64,000 nt of DNA, taken from the NCBI GenBank assembly GCA_964016885.1, contig OZ024743.1, positions 296,794,001 to 296,858,000 on the forward strand, read 5' to 3'. Shown piece by piece: positions 14,376 to 27,039 of this stretch. The position numbers were made by a program, and so were the translations under genes. Below the pieces are notes generated by a model, which saw nothing but the letters and a program-made list of their open reading frames with translations, was not told the origin of the DNA and did not search any database. Within the stretch, counting starts at the first letter, position 1, and every line of letters begins with the position of its first letter. The DNA comes from Eledone cirrhosa (lineage: Eukaryota).

Positions 14376-15774
14376 AATTCTCTAATAAAGATTGTATTTG
14401 ATATTTTTTGTTGTTGTTAATGATAATCAAATACATCCCCATTATACAGGGAGAATTTTAGGATTGGCTGATGCACCATTTAGGTAATATAATGATTAGA
14501 ATTGCAGTCATTAAGGTTTGTATTGCTGTTCTGCAGTCATTAAGATTTGTATTGCTATTTCTGCAGTCATACAGTTCCACAGTTGGCAACAATAATTATT
14601 CCAAGTTAATGGAAATAAAGAAATTAGAACATTGAAAATGATTTAACAAATAGCTTTAGTTAATGAAAATTCTAGGTTAGTTTAGCCTTTAGACATTCAG
14701 AATAATTAGATATCGCTAATTAATGTTGTATGTTAAGGTCAGATGAGGCCAACAGAAAGTGTTTGTAAATCTTGTGTGTGTGAAGAGGTATTGTGATCTT
14801 ACAATTATTTGCTGTTGTGTTTTTATCCTTGTTTATCTGTTTGTTTTAATTTTATTTATAGAATATAGTAGAGTTTTAAAATATGTGTATATGTGTGAGT
14901 GTGTATGTGAGTGCATGTGTATGTGTCATCCTCATCATTTTATATTTGTTTTTCCATGTTAGCATTGGTTGGCTAGGTTGTTACAGACCAAGTCAGTAAT
15001 TAATCAGAGCTTCTACTTCTTAGACTGGCTGGAACCATGTTAAGCTTACATATACTTCAGTTTTCATCATCATTTTAACACCCAATTTCCTTGCTAGTAA
15101 GGGTTGGATGGATCTACATAGACCAACACAGTACCGAAGCAGTGGTTACTGATCTCCCAGACAAGCTAGGGATCAGTCATCTCGCTTATGTATGGTCTCA
15201 CATTCTACAAAGTGCACAGGGGAAGTTATGTCTTTGAGACAACTGTGGGTCCTCCCAGCCCTTTGTTTGGCAAGCTTCCTACAGCTGGATGCCCTTCCTA
15301 TCACCAACCAGTGTACACAATGTACTGGATGTGTTTATTATGAAGATCACCAAACAACAGGGAGGCTATCATGTCCTTGTGTATGTATATGTTGGTGGAC
15401 TTGTGTATGTATATATATATGTTGGTGTGCCTGTGTATGCATATATGATGGTGTGTCTGTGTGTGTATATATATGTTGGTGTGTCTGTGAATGTATATAT
15501 GATGGTGTATCTGTGTGTGTATGTATATATGTTGGTGTGTCTGTGTATGTATATACATTGATATGTATATGTATATATATTGGTGTACTTGTATGTTGTC
15601 TGTCTTTTCTATTATCTTCTCATTCAACATCACAGGCAATGATATCTGTTAAAGTCCCATATAAATAGAAGTTGTGCAGCTCAGTTGTTTAATATGCAAA
15701 GATCCATAACTTACTTAAAATAGCAAGTGAGGGTTGGCATTGATAAGGTAATAGTAATATACGCATTGATAAGG

Positions 15775-16402
15775 TAATAGTAATATACGCGAACGACAAA
15801 GCATAAATGAATTGAGAGAGAGACTGAGCATAAGAGGAATCAAATGCTGTGTGCAGGAGAGGCGGTTGCATTGGTATGGACATGTGATGCGTATGAAGGA
15901 TGACAGCTGCATAAAAAGGTGCAGAGCACTAGAATCAATGGAAACCGTGGAGTGGGGAAACCCAAGAAGACCTGGGATGAGGTGATAAAAGCCGACCTTA
16001 CCCAATTACACCTCTCAAAGGCGATGACACATGACCGTGACCTCTGGCGTCACGCAGTAATACAGAGTACCCGACCTCCCATGGGTACAAGCTGAAGCAT
16101 ATAGACAATATGCCCCCACACCCTCCCACTGCAAGGTGGTCGTGGAGGTGCCACGGCCAAAAAGCACCCAGCCCACACTGTAAAGTGGGCATGTAGGCAC
16201 CACGGAAAAAGCACCCAGCACTCACTGTAAATGAGGTTGGTGTTAGGAAGGGCATCCAGCTGTAGAAATCAAGCCAAAATCAGTTCCTGTATGAGCAAGG
16301 CATGGTCAGCCGACCAGACACTGCCCACAACAGGACAACCCGTCTAACCCAGGCTAGCATGGAAGAATGGACGTAAAACAGTGATGATGATGTTGATGAT
16401 GA
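15775..16402 (+). mobile_element. RTE LINE 3' fragment (RT C-terminus + 3' UTR + GAT tail)
   Basis: Near-identical to the reverse complement of 22092-22710; encodes a degraded [22 protein letters not shown]-like peptide. Confidence 0.88.
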
Positions 16403-18054
16403 TCCAGCTGTAGAATTCTACCTCAAAAAGTCTAGTTCAACTCATACCAGGTTGAATAAGAGGATGTAAAATTAATGATAATGACACAAATCCCTCTCCT
16501 GGTTTAACACCACCATATGGCCCTTGGGTACCTTTAATAAACTCCACTCCATTGAAAATCATTCAGAGCAGGGCTCTGGTTTCAGGATAACTTTAACGAA
16601 CACTCATTCATATAATATTAGAGGCCCTGAAACTGGTCATGTCCACTACTCTTTGATGACAAAACAGTAAAAATAAATAACAAACAAAGAAAAACATGTG
16701 AAGGTGCATGGAGCAATGTGAAATGAAACACTTAATTTCATGTTGCTCCAGTATACTCAGTTGAAATTGACTACCAGCAATAGTTGAAGGTTTAATGCTT
16801 GGATCGACTGGCATTCTGTCCAGGGAGGAGTTTTGTACTCTCAGTCGCTTAACACCACAACAACTGGGATATGCACTACCCTGATGAGCTTCTAGGCCCT
16901 AGACAGACTTTAGAGAAAGAAAAACATATAGTCACAGGTATGGCTGTGAGGTTAACCCTTTAATTACTAACCTGGCCCAAACCAGCTCTGGTTCTATGAA
17001 ATAAAACCATCCATTTTAAAGGTTTCCAATTTATATAAAAATCTTCCAACATAATTTTATAGAAGACCTTACATTAAGTTACTATCTTAGTAATGAAATG
17101 ATTAATAATTTTAATAAATCGATTAAAATTCTTCATTAATTAATTAAAATGGGGTGTATCTCATTAGAAATGCATTCATGAAAGGGTTAAAGAATTCATT
17201 CACAACTATGTAGTTTTGGGTTCAATCCCATTGTATGATATCTTCTACGATAACCTCAGGTTAATAAATATCTTCATCATCATTGTTTCATGTCTACTTT
17301 CCATACTGTCACTGATTTGACAAGTTGTCACGGTCCGAGATCAGATGGGTTGGATCAACCCATCTTGCTCATATGTTAAATATTTGGCATGGTTTCTATC
17401 ACTGGATTCTCTTTCCCATATCAATCACTCTACAAGGTGCATGGGATTCAATTTATTTTATATTTTGCCATTACTACCACTTTACAGAATGTACTGGGAG
17501 ATTCAATATGAGTCTGTGTAGCAAGGCTGGTTCTTTAAATTATAGGTGCATGCCATCTGATGGGCTTTCAGTTTCCATTTACATAATTTCACTTATAAGG
17601 CTTGTATTGACACAAGGCTATGGTAAATAACATTTGCCCCGAATGTCACACAGTGGGCCCAAACTTAGGATGTGGTCTTTTTAACCATTTAGCCATGCTG
17701 TGTTCACACTCACACACTTATACACACACATATACACAGAGCACATTATCAAATCAATGAAAATTAGGTAGAATTTATTCTTTTTAGCTATGTAATCTGT
17801 TTCAGTGTCTTACAAGATATATTGTATTTAGATTCCCATTTCTTGGCATAAACCCCAAAACAATATTGGCCATTTTAACTCTTTCTGGCAACAAGATTCC
17901 AAATATCCCAATTCTGTTATCTCGTCTACTAGCTGTAATATAATTAAGGAAAAATTATCTTTGCCATTTTGGCATATGTTTTGTTGTTTATCATTGTGTT
18001 TAGCAATCTGATATGATGGTAAGTTCTCAGGAAACCAAGAACACATTATTATTA

Positions 18055-18270
18055 TAATTGGCAGTATCAGTAAAGCGTCGGACATCATACCTTGCAGCAC
18101 AGAGTTATGGCCCTTTATGATCTGAGTTCAAATCCCGCCGAGGTTAACTTTGGCTTTCATCCTTACAGGGCTAATAAAATAAAGCACCAGTCACGCACTG
18201 GGGTTGATTTAATCGACTTTCCCCTCACCCAAAATTGCTGGCCTTGTACCTATATAAGAAACCATTATTA
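18055..18270 (+). mobile_element. tRNA-derived SINE
   Basis: ttggcagtatc...gagttcaaatcccgccgagg...cttgtacc followed by an (ATT)n tail. Confidence 0.8.
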
Positions 18271-19019
18271 TTATTATTATCATTATTATTTTGTTTCTCA
18301 TTTGCAACAGACATATCCATATTGGTTCCAATAAGTTTGTTGTTTTATGTGTTTGATTTGTAATTTGTTGAAATATTTTGCCCCCAAGAAAGGAAACCCC
18401 ATAATACTTGGGTTTTTGACACAAATATTTGAACTTTAATTTTTCATTTTCTTGCTGTTAACAACCATTTAAAAAAAATGGAGGTTACATGCCCTTCCAC
18501 TTCCAGCCAGCTGTCATGTAACAGTGACTTGCATTCAAGATTAAAGGTTGACAATAGCGTTACCACCTCCACTACCACTAATGTCACCATCGTCACCACC
18601 ACTACTTCAGACAACAAGTCTACCGTCATCATCACCACCACCACCAACAACAACAGCAATAGTAGCAGCATCAGCAGAACCAACAACAATGCCAATGACA
18701 ACAGTAGCAACAACAACGCCAACAACAACAATGGCAGCAGCAGCTACAACAGCAACACCAATAACAGCAATATCAACAGGAAAAGCACATTCAAAACAAC
18801 AGCAGTAAAAATGTGAGCCAACATAAGCATTCTGAAGGTGTTGGCAGCAATTGAGAGAAAATCTCTCACATATAGATGTATAGGTATCAAGTCCCAAAAG
18901 CTAGAGCTGGCCTCACAATCCAACATAGAGGCAGTCCTGAAGAGCTTGATGCCAGACATCCAATGTGAGTGAAGCTTTCTTGTATTAGTTGGCTTTACTA
19001 GTATTCAATATGTAGGAGG

Positions 19020-19555
19020 TAGGTGTGAAAGCCAAACTTGATATCTTCAATTTGGTTATCGTGCCAACCATTGCCTATGGTCATGAATTTTGGGTAATGA
19101 CCGAAAGAATACAATCGTGAATACAAGCGATTGAAATAGGGTTCCTCTAAAGGGTCTTTGGAGTAACATTAGTTGATAGAGTGCATAGCTCAGAGATCAG
19201 AGAGTCACTCCAGGTAGAGGTGCTACTTCTTCAAATTGAGAGATTACAGCTCCGATACTATAGGCATGTGGCTAGAATGTCTCAAGAAAGAATCGCTGGA
19301 CAGACTTTACGGGCAAAACCAACTGGCAGGAGAGCCAGGGGTAGACCCTAAGCAAGATGATTGGATAACATCCATGAGCTTGGATGGTCTCGCTTGGAGA
19401 TTCAGCCAGATCGAGTAGAGAAGGTTGCTTCTGACAGGACCCTCCGGAGGGAGTGTTTGAGGACTCTGCCCCAACAAGAAGAAGAAAAAGAAAAAGAAGA
19501 AGAAGAAGAAGAAGAAGGAGGAGGAGGAGGAGGAGAAGGAGAAGAAGAAGAACTT
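19020..19555 (+). mobile_element. RTE LINE 3' fragment, Expander/Rex3-like family, with GAA/GGA tail
   Basis: VPTIAYGHEFWVMTERIQS*IQAIEIGFL..VFGVTLVDRVHSSEIRESLQVE..IERLQLRY; homologous copy at 58755-59150(-). Confidence 0.75.
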
Positions 19556-19587
19556 ACCTTTGATAGGTTTCGGCCATGTCTAACTTA

Positions 19588-19805
19588 ATAGCACTGCCAA
19601 GAAATGCCATTTAAAGCAAGACGCAGTAGAGAAAGACCACGAAAAACATGGGCGGAGGTAGTGAGAGCAGACCTCAGATTGCTGAAGCTCATGGTGGAGA
19701 TGACGAAGGACCTTAACAAGTGGGGAGATGCTGTGCTGAATTGGACCCATCCCACCCTTGCAAGCAGGGAAAAGCAGACGTAAAATGATGATGATGATGA
19801 TGATA
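19588..19805 (+). mobile_element. RTE LINE 3' end fragment
   Basis: Homologous to 20550-20760; (GAT)n tail. Confidence 0.8.
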
Positions 19806-19873
19806 TATGTATATATATATATATAATCCTTATCAAGCCCTATTTGGATTTTAGTCTTCACATTTTTTATTAC

Positions 19874-20270
19874 TACAAGGGCATTCCCAAAAGTAAGGTC
19901 TCCTTCCGATATTGCAACTTTTCCATTAAAATCCTGTGGATGGTGCTTCGGGAAACCTCAGGAACCAAAATGCAGAGAGCATCCAGGGTGATCTGCTGAT
20001 CTTTACGCATGTTTTCCTCGGAAGGAGACCTTACTTTTGAGATTACCCTCTATATAATAACTGCGCGAAATTCGCACTTGGTGGCAACGTTCAATGGGAG
20101 CTCCATTCTCAACGGTTGCCAAGCCAAGATTGAGCATCCCAGCGAAGCGCACGCATGCTTGTTTGGGAGTGAAGGAAGCACCAATTACAACAGTGTTGCC
20201 AACAGCCGTACGGACAGTTTCTCTGCATCCCCATCGCTTTGGAGACCTTACTTTTGGGATTACGCTCGTA
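19874..20270. mobile_element. Tc1/Mariner-type MITE with one left and two right TIR copies
   Basis: Left TIR tacaagggcattcccaaaagtaaggtctcc. Complementary right TIRs ggagaccttacttttgagattaccctcta (~20023-20051) and ggagaccttacttttgggattacgctcgta (20241-20270). TA flanks. Confidence 0.7.
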
Positions 20271-20271
20271 T

Positions 20272-20760
20272 ATATATATACGAAAGGACGGTTATATGAT
20301 GCCTGTGTGAGATGTGCGATTCTGCATGGTGGAGAGACATGGGCAGCAACTGCAGAAGATATGCGACGGCTGGAGAGAAATGAAGCAAGTATGCTCCGTT
20401 GGATGTGCAATGTTAATGTGCGTGAACGACCAAGCATGGACAAGTTGAGAAAGAAACTGGGTATAAGAGGGATAAGTTGTGGTGTGCCGGAGAGAAGGAT
20501 GAGATGGTATGGACATGTGATGCACATGGAAGATGACAGATGGGTGAAGAAGTGCCAGGAAGTCCCAGTGGAGGGAAGATGCAGTACAGGTAGACCATGA
20601 AAAACATGGGCGGAGGTGGTGAGAGCAGACCTCAGATCGTTGAAACTCACGGAGAAGATGATGAAGGACCGTGACCGGTGGAGAGATGCTGTGCTGAATA
20701 GGACCCATCCAACCTTTGCAAGCAGGGAAAAGCGGACGTAAAATGATGATGATGATGATA
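20272..20760 (+). mobile_element. RTE LINE 3' fragment
   Basis: [21 protein letters not shown]...RMRWYGHVMHMED...GRP*KTW; (GAT)n tail. Confidence 0.9.
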
Positions 20761-21112
20761 TGACAGGCTTCCATATAGTTCCTATCTTCACTCAAAAGAC
20801 TATATCTAAAACCACATGGTTCTGAAGTGAACTTAATAATCACAATGCCATGCTTACTTCATAAGTTACACATCTGCTTTTGTTATCACTTCTTTGTTTC
20901 TTAGCAACACCATGAAAGTATGGAAAAATTGATCTGTTGCTCACATCTGATCTGTCTGAAACCAAATTACCCTCCAAAATGTCAACAGTTCTCTTTACTT
21001 GTTGCTCTTTGATTTTGTAAAATACTAAATTATTCAACTTTTATTCATTTACTTGTCTTCTATATATATATATATAGTAATAATAATAATAAATTCACAG
21101 ATTGATTTTTTT

Positions 21113-21163
21113 AGTTTCAGAAGATCCCGTTAAAGGTGAAAGCAGCGATTCTTTGCTTAAACT
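21113..21163 (+). ncRNA. Type I hammerhead ribozyme-like motif, variant core CAGAAGA (second copy of the 3265-3315 family)
   Basis: AGUUU-CAGAAGA-U CC CGUUAAA GG U-GAAA-GCA GCGAUUCUU UGC-UU-AAACU, in a ~110-bp module bounded by (TA)n on both sides. Confidence 0.68.
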
Positions 21164-21274
21164 TTAATCTGTTATTTTAATAAATAAATATATATATATA
21201 TCATCGTTTAACGTCCATTTTCCATGCTAGCATGGGTTAGATGGGATATATATATATATAATATATACATATAT

Positions 21275-21500
21275 CATCATCATCCTCATCACTTTTTTAC
21301 GTCCGTTCTTCCATGCTAGCATGGGTTAGACGGCTTGTCCTGTTGTGGGCAGTGTCTGGTCAGCTGACCTTGTCTTGCTCATATGGGAACAGATTCTGGC
21401 TTGATTTCTACAGCTGGATGCCCTTCCTAACACCAACCTCATTTACAGTGAGTGCTGGGTGCTTTTTTTCCGTGGCGCCTACACGTCCACTTTACAGTGG
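21275..21500 (-). mobile_element. RTE 3' UTR fragment
   Basis: Matches 22092-22310. Confidence 0.8.
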
Positions 21501-21984
21501 AATGATAGGGACCCCAGTCCTATCATCTCATTTCTGCAGCTGAGTAACTGGAGCAATGTGAAATAAAGTGTCTTGCTCAAGGCAACAACACATCACCTGG
21601 TCCAATATATATATATACTGTATATATATATAAGCAAAAGGGATATTTAATTTGTTGATAATTCAACAAATATGTTTATAACTGATTCAAAGCACTCGGC
21701 AGATTAATTCTTTTTAAATTCACGTAAATACAAGCTCTTCTTTCTTTCTCTTTCTTCTTCCTACACATACATACATATATCCTAATAATTATTTAAATCT
21801 ACCTAGAGTCTAAAAATAACGTTTTTTTCAGCCCTATACCTCAACCTTATTTGCATACTCATCTTAATAATTTGAAATATTTCACATTTCTTCTCTTTCC
21901 GGTTTTTCCTTTACTATCCAGGAAAAACTTGAACCGCTAAGTTCTTCTTCCTGGTTATGTCAATATTTATAAAACAAACTTTGT

Positions 21985-22035
21985 ATTTTATCTGATGAGA
22001 GCGTTTTGGTACCCTTGAAATATATATAATAGAAT
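21985..22035 (+). ncRNA. Minimal type I hammerhead ribozyme motif
   Basis: AUUUUAU-CUGAUGA-GAG..CUU-GAAA-UAUAUA-UA-AUAGAAU. Stem I has 7 bp (one GU); stem III is palindromic. Confidence 0.72.
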
Positions 22036-22091
22036 AAATATGGTTTTATAAATATAGTTTCCATTTATTTAATATCATTGAATATATATAT

Positions 22092-23430
22092 CATCATCAT
22101 CATCATCACCGTTTTACGTCCGTTCTTCCACGCTAGCATGGGTTAGACGGGTTGTCCTGTTGTGGGCAGTGTCTGGTCGGCTGACCATGCCTTGCTCATA
22201 CAGGAACTGATTTGGCTTGATTTCTACAGCTGGATGCCCTTCCTAACACCAACCTCATTTACAGTGAGTGCTGGGTGCTTTTTCGTGGCGCCTACACGTC
22301 CACTTTACAGTGTGGGCTGGGTGCTTTTTTGCCGTGGCACCTCCACGACCACCTTGCAGTGGTAGGGTGTGGGGGCATATTGTCTATATGCTTCAGCTTG
22401 TACCCATGGGAGGTCGGGTACTCTGTATTACTGCGTGATGCCAGAGGTCACGGTCGTGTGTCATCGCCTTTGAGAGGTGTAATTGGGTAAGGTCGGCTTT
22501 TATCACCTCATCCCAGGTCATCTTGGGTCTCCCCACTCCATGGTTTCCATCGACTTCTAGTGCTCTGCACCTTTTTATGCAGCTGTCATCCTTCATACAC
22601 ATCACATGTCCATACCAACGCAACCGCCTCTCCTGCACACAGCATTTGATTCCTCTTATGCTCAGTCTCTCTCTCAATTCATTTATGCTTTGTCGTTCGC
22701 GTATATTACTATTACACATCCATCGGAGCATGCAGGCTTCGTTTCTCTCTAATCTACGTAAGTCTTCCACCTTCAGCGCCCAGGTCTCACTACCATGTAA
22801 CATTTCTGTTCGGATACATGCATCATACAGTCTGCCTTTCATTTTGAGGGAGAAGCCTTTTGCAGCTAGCAGTGGCAGTAGTTCCCTGAACTTCTTCCAT
22901 CCCGTTCTTACTCTAGTTATTGTACTTTCTGAACACCCACCTCCGCTGCTAATTCGGTCACCTAGGTAGCAGAAGCTGTCTACTGTTTCTACAGAGCCCT
23001 CCCAGAGATTGGTGGTACTTGTTTCCTGTGGCTGTTTGCTGCTTGCTATCCAGTACAGCTGCTTCATGTGAAGCCTACATTCTTAATTAAGCTTCCTGAG
23101 ATCCCGCTACATCTCTTGTGTACCCATTGTTTGCATTTGGGGCAGAGAATGGAGTTCCTACCTACACATTTCCTTCATACTGAGCAAGGCCATTTCCCTG
23201 AGGGGATCTGGGTTCTGTTTTCTCGTCTACTTACAAGGACCTTAGTCTTTGTCATGTTGACTTTGAGACTCTTTCTTTCTAGTCTCTGCTTCCAAGTTTG
23301 GAATTTCTTCTCTTGTTCTACCATAGATTCAGCTATAAGTGCGAGGTCACCAGCATACAGCAGTTCCCATGGGCATCCGGTCTTAAACTCCTCCGTTATT
23401 GCCTGCAGGACTATGATGAACAAGAGAATG
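22092..23430 (-). mobile_element. RTE LINE, 5'-truncated (RT 3' half + 3' UTR), pseudogenised
   Basis: ORFs 23175-23459 (PWELLYAGDLALI) and 22393-23067 (FCYLGD...[10 protein letters not shown]...RLRWYGHV...GRPKMTW); tail seen as (CAT)n on +. Confidence 0.92.
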
Positions 23431-23456
23431 GCGAGCTGTGTTGTTGCAAATAAGTA

Positions 23457-23641
23457 CAATGAAAAATGAAAAATTAAAAATAGAAGCTAGGACTATCCAT
23501 CATCAGTTGTCTACTAGGCATCATAGGTATTTCTTCGCATTAAAGACAATATACCTCCGCCTTGGGCGATTCAATAACTAAAATAGGATGCCTAGTAGAC
23601 AACTGATGATGGATAGTCCTAGCTTCTATTTCTAATTTTTC

Positions 23642-23645
<4 letters not shown>
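23457..23645. repeat. Inverted repeat with ~65-bp arms and ~60-bp spacer; probable inverted Penelope-type terminus carrying a hammerhead 5' half (CTGATGA)
   Basis: tagaagctaggactatccatcatcagttgtctactaggcatc / gatgcctagtagacaactgatgatggatagtcctagcttcta; abuts (TA)n. Confidence 0.75.
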
Positions 23646-23680
<35 letters not shown>

Positions 23681-23854
23681 ATAAAAGGTAAACAGAAATA
23701 ACAACACAATCGGTACAGTATATGGAAGGTATATATTAGGTTAACGCTTGATATAGCAGGAAGAGGGGCTTAACGTTTCGGACGCTAGAAGAAAGAATGA
23801 GAAATAAAATAGATTAAGAGGGCGGGCGGGATGGAATTGAAAACAATGTCTTTA

Positions 23855-24180
23855 GATGGTCGTGTAGGTGTCACAACAAAAAGCACCCAGTCCACACTGT
23901 AAAGAGGTCGTGTAGCCGTCATGACAAAAAGCATCCAGTTCACACTGTAAAATGGTTGTGTACACAACATGACAAAAAGCACCCAGTCCATGCTGTAAAG
24001 TGGTCTTGTAGGCAACACGGCAAAAAGCACCCAGCACGCACTGTAAATGTGGTTGGCATTAGAAAGGACATCCAGCTGTAGAAACCAAGCAAAAATCAGT
24101 TCTGTGTGAGCGAATTTACGATCCCTCACGTCCTACCCATGCTAGCGTGGAAGATGGACGTTAAATGATGATGATGGTGA
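23855..24180 (+). mobile_element. RTE 3' UTR with four ~41-bp tandem units
   Basis: (caaaaagcacccagtccacactgtaaag.ggtcgtgtag)x4, then the conserved tail and (GAT)n. Confidence 0.75.
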
Positions 24181-25739
24181 TATATATTATTAGCATCACC
24201 ACCATCATTATTTACTGTCTGTTTTTCTTGCTAGCAAGGTTTGGAAGGGTCTTCACAGACTGAGTCAGTACTCAAGTGGGTCTACTGACTCTTCAAATGG
24301 ACTGGAAACCTGCATATCATTTACATATGATTCCACACTCTACTGATTGTGGTTTATCATGAAAATAGTACTAGGGAGGCCGTCATGTCTTTAAGAGAAG
24401 GGTTGTCCCAACCCTTTGCTTAGCAAGCTTTCTATGCCTTTCCTATCACCAACTCCTTTACAGTGTGTACTGTGTGTGTTTATTATGTAGATCACAAGCA
24501 CTAGGGAGGCATTCATATCTTTGACACAACTGATGGATTCTCCTTACACTTTGTTTGGCAAGCTTTCTATTGCTAGATGCCTTCCTATCATCAACTACTT
24601 TACAGTGTGTGCTGGGTGTGTTTATTATGTTCATCACCAGCACTAGAGAGGCAGTCATGTCTTTGACACAACTGAATAGTTTTCTCAACTCTTTTGACAT
24701 GGTTTCTAAAATGGGTTGCCCCACTTCTTATCATCAACCACTTTACAGGGTCTACTGGGTGCATTTTTGCTGCAACAGCACTAAAGAGGCTGTCAGTTAT
24801 TGTTCCAACTGAACGGCTCTCTCTTCGCTGATGAGAGGTGGGGAGAGTGGAGAAAGATAATTTTATGTATAAAATGTTTGTGGTACAGAGGCTCAGATGA
24901 GCATTGATTAGGGTAATATTTGATATGTTGTGCTTGGTTGAACTGCTGCAGGGGATGTACCTAGCAATGAGTGAGCCCCTATACCTTTCACAGAATTCCA
25001 TGCTCTGTAATTTTGGGGTTTCTGAGGAAGTTATGGATAAAGGTTGTAAGGACCGCACAGGCAACATTTTGAGGTGCAACTGGTAAGGTAAGTTCAAGCA
25101 CTACAACAATGTGAGAGACTGGATGCTACAGTGTTTGGCAATCAAATGTAGATAATATAGGATTTGAGAGGTCTCTTCAGTCTGGTCAGGCATATGACAA
25201 TCTCTCCCATTAAAATGCACCCAGTAAACTCTCTAAAGTGTTAGTGTTGATGCCACGATAAACTGCAACCAGTCTTCTCTATACAGTGGTAGTGTTGGTG
25301 CCACAAAAGAAAAAAACAAAACAAAAAAACCCCACTTAGTACACTCTGTAGAGTGGTGATTTGTATTAGAAAGGGTATCCAGACAAAGAAACCATACCAA
25401 ATATGAAACGTATGAGCAAGATGAGATTGCTCCAGCATGTCTGGTCTTGGACAGGGACGACCCGTCCGACTCATGCCAGCAAGGAAAGCAGACGTAAAAG
25501 GATGATAATGATGTATGTATATTATGCTGACGCTGAGATAAGATGCACTCTATAAGAAAGCAATATATAGATGGAATGATATAGTAAGAAAATGTTTGTA
25601 TAGAGACACCACTATAGGGTAAAATTCAGTTTTCCAACATTTTTTAGTGGTCGAGCAATTGCCAGGTCCAAGGTTGACGGATTTAAGAGGTTCAACCTGT
25701 GATAAAGGAAGGGAAGGACGAAAATATAGTGACTTCTGT

Positions 25740-26560
25740 GAGTAAAAGGTAAGCCTGTCCGAATCGCCGTAGCGGTAGCCACTTCATTTGATTCACAACG
25801 CTACAAGGAAATGAATAAACGTCATAACTTATCTTAGTCTTCGGCTTTAAAATATATCTTATGCTTCATTCGTATACAATACAACAGGGAAACGCGTTAA
25901 AAGCTGTTAAGAAACAGACGAATTAGCCTTGGGAAAACTAAGACGATCGAATAAGGCGACGAAGAAGACTAAAATAAAATAAAAATATTTACTAACAGTT
26001 AGTAATAGTGAGAAAAAAAAATAAGCAAGAGAGAGAGAGCAGCAGCAGCAAGTAGAGCTGTAATATTTAGAAGTTGAAATGAAATGTCTAACTGTGTGAA
26101 AAACTAAATATGCTGGTTGATAGAAACCACCAACCAACGCTGACGAGGCGTGCAGCGTGCGTATTTTACAAGCTCCGTCCAGCTGATCAATAATCAATTT
26201 GCTGTAGCTTGTTAGTTATGTGCTTGCCTCTGCTGGATGTATCTCCCTGTCTGTCTTCTCCCTCTATCATACTTGCTCAACTAGAATTAGTAGTGACTGC
26301 AATATAGATAGATCTTCGTTTAAACGACAAATGCTCTAACGAATAGCAGTCGAAAGAAAAAGGAAACAGCGAAGCAAAGGATTAGCAGTTGTTGCAATTA
26401 CTGTTGCTATTGTTTAACATTTCATTTATATTTCAATTACAGTTAATACATATATGTATGTTTTTTTTAAAGACTAAACGTAGTTCTCAAGCGACTACAG
26501 CGTTACCGCTAAGCATTTCTTCGTAAAGCAAATCATACACATATAGGTAAATATATACAT
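25740..26560. promoter_or_regulatory. Probable promoter / 5' non-coding region of the gene starting at 26929
   Basis: Largely repeat-free, relatively CpG-rich unique sequence just upstream of a signal-peptide exon. Possible 5' UTR donor atag|gtaaat near 26547 and acceptor ttttcgacag| at 26908. Confidence 0.4.
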
Positions 26561-26928
26561 AACCATACTGACTTGGGGACCTGTTTCGAAAAAAAAAAAA
26601 GATTGGATTAAAAAAAAAAACTGGCAGGGAAATGAATTATTATTAATAATAAGAAAACTCCCGTGTGCAAGGTGCCTTCATTGATCTCATCAACATCAGT
26701 CAACTAAAAACAGTTTCCAATATGGTGTCATCATCACCATCGATACCATTATCTTCTTCACCATCATCATCACCACCATCATCATCGCCATTATTATCAC
26801 AAACATCATTACCATCATCATCGTCATCACTAATATCATCAGAAACATTATCAAAATCAAAATCAACAGCAACATCATTAACGTCGTCTGTGATTATATT
26901 TTCGACAGCAGCCAGTCATCCGAATCGC

Positions 26929-27039
26929 ATGAGGAATTTGTTATTATTTTGTACACTTTTCTTTCTTCTCCATGCTGGAGCTCCTTGGTCTGGGCGTCTC
27001 CCTTCAGCTTGGGCCAACACATTGCCGGAATGTAAGCCG
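26929..27039 (+). CDS. First coding exon of a secreted or type I membrane protein (MRNLLLFCTLFFLLHAGAPWSGRLPSAWANTLPECKP)
   Basis: ATG followed by a basic residue and hydrophobic core, A-W-A cleavage-like motif, and a perfect phase-0 donor CCG|GTAAGT. No second exon recognised in the window. Confidence 0.7.

Noticed and set aside
16875-16910. CTGATGA as a hammerhead core (also about 24827 and 1349)
   Set aside because: No correctly placed GAAA, stem III or stem I partner; these lie in a SINE tail, unstructured sequence or LINE coding sequence.
23855-24050. CRISPR-like regular repeats (also 60811-61085)
   Set aside because: Units are contiguous tandem copies without unique spacers, there are no cas genes, and the context is eukaryotic.
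25692-25787. Minus-strand first exon MKWLPLRRFGQAYLLLTEVTIFSSFPSFITG
   Set aside because: The donor (G|GTTGAA) is weak, a stop follows immediately, and the boundary coincides with a probable transposon end; not supportable without transcript data.
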